NCBI GenBank assembly: GCA_951406725.2 | Contig: OX597814.1 | Span: 25,110,001-25,174,000 of the forward strand | Length of the DNA stretch: 64,000 nt | Reading direction: 5' to 3' | Source: Octopus vulgaris | Taxonomy: Eukaryota | Shown here: positions 55,012-64,000 of the stretch, piece by piece | Position numbering within the stretch: position 1 is the first letter of the stretch | Layout: each line of letters starts with the position of its first letter | The notes under the pieces: generated by a model | Seen by the model: the letters and a program-made list of their open reading frames with translations, nothing else | Database searches by the model: none | What the model was told of the DNA's origin: nothing | Position numbers and translations under genes: made by a program

Positions 55012-55348
55012 AAGGTAAAGACCCCCTTCGGTCATGAATGACCATGGGATTGCACCTAGAAAGTTACCCTCCTAGACACAAGTCCGGGCAAGGTTGTTTA
55101 TGGAAGGCCAGCAGTCGCCCATGCATACCAGCCTCCACTCTCCACGACACCAGTGTTATCCAAGGGAAGACAAAGGTCGATACAGCTTGGCACCAGTGAC
55201 GTCGCAACTCATTTCTACAGCTGAGTGAACTGGAGCAACGTGAAATAAAGTGCCTTGCTCGAGAACACAACACGCAGCCCGGTCCGGGATTCGAGCTCAC
55301 AACCTCACGATCGTAAGCTCGACGCTCTAACCACTGAGCCATGCGCCT
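55012..55348 (-). mobile_element. Full-length tRNA-derived SINE (CTTTAC-type tail)
   Basis: Minus head AGGCGCATGGCTCAGTGGTTAGAGCG...GAGCTCGAATCCC. A decayed partial copy lies on the plus strand at ~56400-56615. Confidence 0.92.
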
Positions 55349-55353
55349 TATAC

Positions 55354-55420
<67 letters not shown>

Positions 55421-55845
55421 AAAAATATATATAAAAATACAAAATGGGACAAGAACGCAAAACATACAAATAGACGACACAAAAAACGGATGGGTCATTC
55501 GAAGCCTCTAATCTTCAGTCAAGAACCGGATCATCCTCGCAATTTCGGCTGATTAATCTTGAGAACGCTCCGATCTGGCCAGCCCCAAGCTCCGATCCGG
55601 CCAGCCCCAAGCTACGAGCATTAGATTTCTTGGAAAATGGATCGAATGTATACGAAACAAGGACAGAAAAATGGACGATGCCACACGAATATAAAATACA
55701 AAAAACAATAATGGTAAAAACAGGACAAAAACAACAGGTCTTTCGACTTTGACAGTTGAACTTAGCTTAGCTGGTGTATTTGGAAAATAATGCCTTACGG
55801 CAGACGAAGAAATCGATGTTGTCGTGGCGGTGCTCAGAAGCCATA

Positions 55846-55943
<98 letters not shown>

Positions 55944-55949
55944 TAGATA

Positions 55950-56100
55950 GATGAAAATGGTAAGATAACAAAAGAAAGAAAGAGACCTCGATATTATGTA
56001 AATAGAGGGATTTATCTGTAAATGTAATATGTGACAATTATTCGGCATACGAAATTCGGAGTTTTATCTTGGCTACCAAATAATTGTCACATGTTACATA
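55950..56100. repeat. ~150-bp module with terminal fold-back, copy 1 (copy 2 at ~56823-56975)
   Basis: Both copies follow (TA)n(GA)n(GATA)n and contain ATGTGACAATTATTCGG...CC(A/G)AATAATTGTCACAT. Confidence 0.88.
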
Positions 56101-56743
56101 TATATATATATAATCCACCCCATTGTTATTACCACTCCCCACCACCATGACATTACTTCTCTCTGCCACCTCTTCTCTGTCTCCTCTACTCCAACTCCCA
56201 AACTCTTCTCTGTTATTCTCTTCGTTACCATTGTTTCACAGTAAATCTGTTCCTTCCATCATGGAGTACACTCCTTTGTTTTGTAAGCTGCAAGCAACCC
56301 CAATACTGCCAGTGTTATAAAAAGTACACAATACATCCTTAGTGACTGGTAATTGATTTAAACAGTGACAGTGCAGTATTATAGAGATAGCTTTAGTCTT
56401 CCTGACTGTAGAAATGAGTTGTGACATCTCTGGTGCCAAGCTGTATTGGCATTTGCCTTTCCCTTGACTAACATTGGTGGCATGGAGAAGGGAGTCTGGT
56501 ATGTATGGGCGATTGCTGGTTTTCCATAAACAACTTTACCCAGACTTGCACTTTGGAGGGTAACTTTCTAGGTGCAATCCCATGATCATTAATGACTGAA
56601 GGGGATCTTTACCAATTTACCAAATTGGCACCACAATTAGGAAAATAGATAGTTGTGGTATGTAGGATATCCTGGATGACAGGTGGGTGAGAAGGTGTAC
56701 ACAACTATATATATATATGTATGTATATATATATGTGTGTATA

Positions 56744-56807
<64 letters not shown>

Positions 56808-58185
56808 TAGATAGATAGATAGATAAAAACGGTAAGATAACAAAAGAAAGAAAGAGACCTCGATATTATGTAAATAGAGGGATTTATCTGTAAATGTAAT
56901 ATGTGACAATTATTCAGCATTCAAAACTCAGAGTTTTATCTTGGCTACCGAATAATTGTCACATGTTACATTTACATATATATATTTATAATTTTTTGTA
57001 AGGTGGAGGAGGAGGAAGAAGAGGATAATGTGTGTTTGTATATTAATACTATGTATTCATATACATACACAAACATGTATGTATATATACATAAATATAC
57101 ATGTGTGTATGTGTGTATCTATACCTGTACATAAACCTGATCAAGTATATGATAATGAAAGGCAATTCAACCAAGACCAAAGGAACTTTTTGCATAGCGG
57201 GAATACATTTTCCAATTTGAGTTTCTTTAAATATGCTGGGTTGTGATTTGAGTGATATTCTTTGTATTTCTAGCAACTGAGAGATGGCATAGAGTTTCTC
57301 CCAGAATAAAATGCTGTAAAAATATGCATTTTCATTGGCGTATACCTGCCTAGAAGAATTAAATTTTGATGATTTAGATTTATAAATGATATTCTGTTGT
57401 AAAAGTATTTGAGCAGATGTTTTGTTTTGCCCTTTTTGTTATTTATTCAGTTATACAGAATATATCCAATCAAATAGAAAAGTTTTTTGTTGGTTCAATC
57501 CAACCTTCAAGTCAATCAGATCAAACAGACAAGCAGATCTATAACCATCTCATCTTGGTTTTCAGATATTGTGTATTTCATATTGTATTACCCAGTCAAT
57601 GGTCCTGATTCTGCAAGACTGCAGTGTATAATTTAAGGAAAATTTAGACGCTATTTTTTTAAGGTCTTTTAACCATTTAAAGGCTTTACTAGACTCAAGG
57701 CTATAGCAGAGGATATATGCTCATTGTGTAACATGCTAAGTGTCATTTTTGGAACCAAATGTTTGTCAAGCAAATTTCTTATGTGTATTGGCTATGCCTT
57801 GCTCTATATGAAAGTTAAGTTTCAAAATTATGGTACTCTCACATGCCTAAATTAAACATATATCAGTAATTTTAGTTTTCAAACATTTCCCATTAATGAA
57901 TCTGTTGATTAAGCCTAAAATTTATTATTGCTATCATTACCAAACTGTTTACCTGAATCATAAATTAACTTCAATGATATATTAGCTTTATCCTGGTACT
58001 ATACTCTGCTATCATATTCAGATGTAACTGATTCAAATAGACACAGAAATTATATATACAGCAAATTAAAACTTCAAATATCTCTTTAGACAACTAAACT
58101 GTAGAGGGGAGTAAATGACCTGTAATTAATCATTGAGTGGTAGACATCATCCATTACCTAGTTTAACTTGCCTTTCCTATTGCAG

Positions 58186-58235
58186 AAATTCATGAAAAAT
58201 TTCTTTCTTCTGATCACTATCACAGGGGTCTCTTG
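58186..58235 (+). other. Candidate spliced exon (50 nt)
   Basis: Acceptor tttaacttgcctttcctattgcag and donor TTG|gtgagt. Two frames are open (KFMKNFFLLITITGVS or IHEKFLSSDHYHRGLL). No homology recognised. Confidence 0.35.
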
Positions 58236-61200
58236 GTGAGTCTGAAAATAGGAATGGGTGCAACAGTTACTCTGCTAAGTAAGGTGTAAAAGTTTTTAAA
58301 TGGTAAGGGTTGAGAGTTTTGTAAATTGATTAATGATTATTTGTCATTTCTTAGCCGTAATGTTTGTCAAATATAATTGGGATATTTAGTGAGCAAAATG
58401 AAAAACACTGGCTTCTCTTTCTGCATATTTCACAATGCAGTGAAATGCAGAGTTTTGAGAGCATTGGATAGGATACCTCTCAATATTTTCTGTAGCAATC
58501 AGAGCTCTAAGTTTATATCCAACCAAAAATCAAATTTGTGGAGACCCTTTTAGGATCAACAAAATAGTACCAACCCTGGGAAGTGAAGACACAGAAGTGT
58601 AAGAACATTGGAAACAGATACTTTTTAGGATTTGTTGTTTTGAGTTCAAATGCTACCATGACTCACATGGGTAAAGTTAATACATAACCCAATGTAAATT
58701 GTGTGACTTTAGCAGAATTCACTTTGTTGAAAGCATTCAAGCCAGTTTCTCAATTTGAGGCAACTTTTCTCCCTTCCATTAGTCTTGGAGGTCCCGTGAA
58801 GGATCATTACCACTGCCTTTCCTCCTGACTAAAGTTTAAAAGATTCCAATATTGCTGGATGGATTAGCAATAGTACAACTTAACAATGTTATCTGGCTTA
58901 TTGCTCGTCTAAAGTAAGTTATCCATTTCCATGCAATATCTCTACTTGACCAGAACTAACCATGGCAACTATTTCTGAAAAAAACATTTCTGTGTTTTAG
59001 AGAAATTCTCTTGTGAATGTTATACTGAGTTGATAAATAATAGATGAAATGGAAGTTTACAAATTTGGAATAAAACGTTCTAGAGACAGCGTGTCTGTAG
59101 ATAAAGTATTGGTTTCTCTAGTCTATGATACAGAAATAGATTCTGGAACAGAACTCTGTGAATTAAGTAATGTGATTGTTTTTCTACAAATGTAAATATT
59201 CCCATGTACTCTTTATACATATATTTGAGTGCCAGCCACTGGATATCTGGTATTTGAATGAATGTTTGATTAACAGTTGTTATAACTGGAGCTATTTATG
59301 GCAGTAGATTGGAAGAATTAGTAGAGTGATGGAAAAATACCTTGTGGTATTTAGTTATGGCTCTTTACATCCTGGATTCTAATCCCATTAAGTTTAACTT
59401 CACCTTTTGTCTTTTTGCTGTTAATAAATAAAGGACTGGGGTCAAAATAATCAACTGATGCAGATGTTTTCTTCAAAAAGAGGATTATAGCAAAGAATTT
59501 GAAATAAATCTTCTTAGTATTGTCTCCACTTAAATGGTGGATGGAGGTGCAAACTCTCATCAACATCGGTAGCATTTCTGTGAGGAACAGGGACCCCAGA
59601 TTTTATTAGATTTGGAAGAGGTCATAATGGAACAATACAGATCTGACAGTTACCATATAAGTGGTACCTCCTTTAATGTGCAGCTCTATAGAAGAAAGAA
59701 ATTTATTTTCAGATGTAAAATCATTACAATACTATTAAAATAATTCATGTAAAGGAAGAACAGAATTTTATAAAAAGCTCTTCATGTAATTATTGTAATG
59801 TTATAGAAAATTTGGTTGATTCAAGATTAAATAGTCAAATTCCACAGGTTATTTTATATTAGCAATAATGCACCTCTCTCTCTCTCTCTCTCTTTGTAGG
59901 CAGTCTTATTGTATCTATACCAGAGTGACCCATTCAGGCCAATCTATAATCTCTTGCCTGTGATTTTTCATTCAAAACTTCTTACTTTTTTGGAGGAAAT
60001 ACTTTTTATTTTTGTTTCCAGTAAACTGTTGCTGTTGCTATTGTAGTCCTTATGTCTATGGTTGGTTCAATAACACACTCTTGAGCATTTTATATTTTGT
60101 CTTTCAGGATTATCCTTTGACCCCCCTAGGTTGAGAACTGCTGGTTAATACCAATGTTTTGATAATATGTTGCATGTAATAGCTGCTGCACAATAACCCC
60201 ATTTCAAAGTTAGATTCACATACATTTATCAACCTGTGGTTATATTAGCTAATAATAAGACATTCCCTTACAAATTTATCATATAAATGAAGGACAAAGA
60301 ATTACATTTAAAATAGTTCCATTAAATACTACATTTAGTCATCTACTTTGGTTCTCATATAACAACAACAGGTGATAAATTGATTTGCTACTGATAACAA
60401 TCAATTTACTTAATGTTCCATTAATTTTACATATCTATTAAGTAATTACTTTCAGTTAGAAGAAATCTTTTGCTCAGAAGCACTCTTCAACAAAATCCTT
60501 ATGCAGATATATTTTCTCAGTCTACTTGAGCTGGTTATGTAATGATACATCCTGGAGATGTACACTGAAAGTGTTAACATTACTCTATGCTCAGGACCAA
60601 GTATTCTTCTCAATAAATGACTGTTAAAAGCAAAATATTAGCTTCTTTCAATTTCTTCTTTACTAAATGACTAGAATTAATATTTCTTAATTAGACAGAA
60701 ATTTGTTTCACAGCTACTTTAAGTTTTTTGTAATGGAATGTGTGTGTGCATATATGTACACATATACACATATGTGTTTATGTGTGTAAAGATATAAAGC
60801 TGATGGAATCCAGTCAAGTATATTAAGTATTTTGTTGTATCTTATAAGAGCCATTATAACACTAATAAACATACACACTCACACACATTGGTATAATGAG
60901 TCTTGTCAGATACAATATCTGATTGAACACACAAGTTCACTCAAGAATCTTGCAAATCAAATCCTAAAATGAAATATATTAAGTACAACATGAGTAAATA
61001 TCTTAATGTACCTGAATTTTAAAATACCAAATAAATAACGTTATCTTTGATCAAGTTTGAACTCAAAAATATGAAGGCTAGGATAAGATAACATTCAACA
61101 GCTAATCTCTGTATCTGTTGTCAGTAAAATTTGCATTACCTTATCTTTTGAAAACAGTTATAAGAAGAGTAATTATTGTGTTGTAGCCATTCCCTATTAC

Positions 61201-61529
61201 CATACTGACACACATGCACTTTCACACACAGACACTCACACACATATGTTCACAAACATACTTTTGCTATCTTTAAAATTTTGAGCATAAAAGTAAAGTG
61301 TCCACATCAACTTTTCAGTTGAAGCATGGTGCAGAAATAAATTCCAATGAATTATAGGGCCATACATCATTTGTTAGTGTATCAAAGACAGTTTTAAACA
61401 CATTAAATATCTGAAAGAAAATTACATGGTCCACAGTATCACATTTCTCTTTTAAATCTCTCTCTATATATGTATGTGTGTGTGTGTCTGTGCATGTGTG
61501 CACGTGTGTGTGTGTGTGTGTGTGTGGTA

Positions 61530-61572
<43 letters not shown>

Positions 61573-61742
61573 GTCTGTGTGTGTGTAGACATAACTGCAT
61601 ATACTAGCATATGTGTATGAGTGCGTAGTTATGTGTACATATAGATGGAGATACAAACATACATATACATATATATATGTTGCATATGTAAACAAATACA
61701 CACACAAATAGACAGAGAGATAGATAGATACTTATATACATT

Positions 61743-61945
61743 TTAAGTCCACTTTTCCATTGAAGGAATTTGTTGATTCAGATTTTCTACAGCCAGATGC
61801 CCTTCCTGTTGCCAACCTTCATCTGTTTCCAAGTAAGGTAATATTTCTGCACGAACAAAAACCTTATTCGCAGAATACTGGAAACAAACAACACTTGTAT
61901 GACAATGATACTCATTTACAACCATCATGTAATATCAAGAGAAGG

Positions 61946-61994
<49 letters not shown>

Positions 61995-62155
61995 AGGATT
62001 CTTTCAGTTTCCATGTAGCAAATCCACTCACAAAGCTTTGGTTGGCCTGAGGTTATAATGAAAGACTCTTACCCATGGCACCATGCATAAGGACTGAACC
62101 TAAGACCACATGATTGGGAAGCAAGCATCTTTACCACACAAATACAGCAGTGCCT
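61743..62155 (-). mobile_element. Old SINE with RTE-like tail
   Basis: Head and core are homologous to the 31786 family, but the 3' end is the RTE-like gaagggcatctggctgtagaaaat...ggaaaagtggac. Confidence 0.75.
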
Positions 62156-62301
62156 AAATACATATATATACATACATACATACATACATACATATGTACA
62201 TACATACTTACATACATACGTACATATGTACATACATACTTACATACATACACACATATATACATATACATACATTCATATACATACATTCATATACATA
62301 T

Positions 62302-62925
62302 AGGCACAGGAATAGCTGTATAGTAAGAAGTTTTCATGGTTCTGGGTTCAGTCCACTGCATGGTACCTTGAACAAGTGTCATCTACTATAACCTCTGGTT
62401 GACCAAAGCCTTGTGAATAGATTTGGTAGACAGAAACTGAAAGAAGCCCATTGTATATATGTGACTGTGTGTGTATTGTTGTCGATTTTTTCCTCAATCT
62501 TCCCTTCCTTGGATCTTTCCTTTTCCTATGTTTCTGACGACGAGCTCTGCTCGAAATATTAAATCCTCCTTCTTTCTTTCCTTTCCTGAGCGTCCAATAA
62601 CACTAAACATGTTCCACATCCTCGCGGTGTTGTGTTTTCTCTTTGTGTTTTCATGTTTGGATTAACTTTATATATATATATATATATACACACACACATG
62701 TGTATGTATTTGTGTGTCTGTGGTTGTCCACCCCCACCATCACTTGACAACCGATGCTGGTGTGTTTACATCCCCGTAACTTAGCAGTTCAGCAAAAGAG
62801 ACCAATAGAATAAGTACTAGGCTTACAAAGAAAAAGTCCTGGGACCGATTTGTTCAACTAAAGGTGGTGCTCCAGCTTGGCCACAGTCAAATGAGTGAAA
62901 CAATTAAAAGTATAAAAAGAATAAA
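62302..62925 (+). mobile_element. SINE (31786 family) with a hammerhead-bearing insert in its internal microsatellite
   Basis: Head 62302-62455 and tail 62715-62925. The insert at ~62475-62668 contains TTT-CTGACGA-cGAGC-tct-GCTC-GAAAT-ATTA-AA (62531-62563). Confidence 0.85.
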
Positions 62926-64000
62926 ACAAAACACGTGCATATGTGTGTACAACACAACTACACACATATATTCTGCCTCATACCTTATTATTCTTTAAAA
63001 AATGTTATATAAATTCGACATACTAAATATTTTCATACAAGCTAAATTTTATGAATATATTTATCCAATGCCTTTGTTAATATTTGCCTCCAAATTATTG
63101 ACTGTAAACATTCAACCAAAGTGATCATGTTTTACTTAAGTAACCAATCCTACATATATTTTTATTTAAACAATTCATAATGGCTACACATGAATTTTCT
63201 TCATTTGAAGGAAAGCTTTAGTTTTATATATTATATATATATATATTTGAAGTTTATTCTTTCTACGTTTTTTTTTTCCTTCTTTATTCGGCTGCAATAT
63301 TTTTTGCTGTAATGATTAAATTCAAGGTATGTTTGTCTGGGAACTGGACAAACAAGATTCTCAACTTTGAAAATGCACTTTCATTGAATTCAAACCATGT
63401 TTTTTTAAGCAAAAACAAAAAAAAACATAAATTCTTTTTTTTTTCTATTATGTCTTCCTTGTACTAATCGTTTAATGGAGTTTGCATTGAAATGATGTCC
63501 TTAATAGGGAAATAAGCATATGAAACTGGTACTTTTGCTTTTTGTTCTGATATTTATATTCTGTATCCTTGGTTTAACTTGCTTATACATGATTTTTACT
63601 TAACCATTATAATTTTGGTTTCCATATACATATGCTATGTACACAAAAATATCTGCCTAATGGATTGCTGTATACTTATTTTAGTTACTTCATTTCCTGT
63701 TCGGAGGATAAACAGTGATGTAGTCTGACACAGAATGAGTTGTGATTGGATAATATCTATGTTGGCAAACACTCATTAAAGAGACAGAATATTGAAGTGA
63801 CAGCTTACAGCTATATCTAATAAGGTGAATATGTTGTTAAACTTAATTCAATCAAGATTTATAATTTAGATGGAATGGTAATTGTACACTAAAGGGCATA
63901 GCGAAACAGCTGTATTGGTTGAAATTATGAATATTATAGACAAAGTTTTCTGGATACAGAGTTTGATTCATTACCATGTGGTGTTAGACTCCTCCTTGTT

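Noticed and set aside
60108-60145. Short exon after tttcag
   Set aside because: The donor is weak, and the sequence (ggttgagaactgctg) looks like a hAT-type MITE terminus.

Overview
This is AT-rich eukaryotic DNA saturated with microsatellites and transposable elements. The SINE families, RTE elements with (GAT)n tails and microsatellite density point to an octopus/coleoid cephalopod genome (inference). No host protein-coding gene can be identified with confidence, and most listed ORFs are microsatellite translation artefacts. Mobile elements present: a young, GC-rich, 5'-truncated CR1-type LINE (18.5-20.9 kb); an internally deleted RTE LINE plus many RTE 3' ends; two R4/Dong-like restriction-endonuclease LINE remnants; three different Penelope-like retroelement (PLE) remnants (Neptune-like, Poseidon-like, and a Naiad-like copy missed by the ORF track); three Tc1/mariner relics; and several tRNA-derived SINE families, some with target-site duplications (TSDs). 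The most notable pattern is a set of about eight minimal hammerhead-ribozyme-like motifs from several unrelated non-coding modules, mostly lodged in (TA)n tracts and often arranged as fold-backs. A few plus-strand exon-like segments at 54.8-58.9 kb may belong to an unidentified spliced transcript. Coordinates were read by eye and boundaries of degraded elements are approximate.
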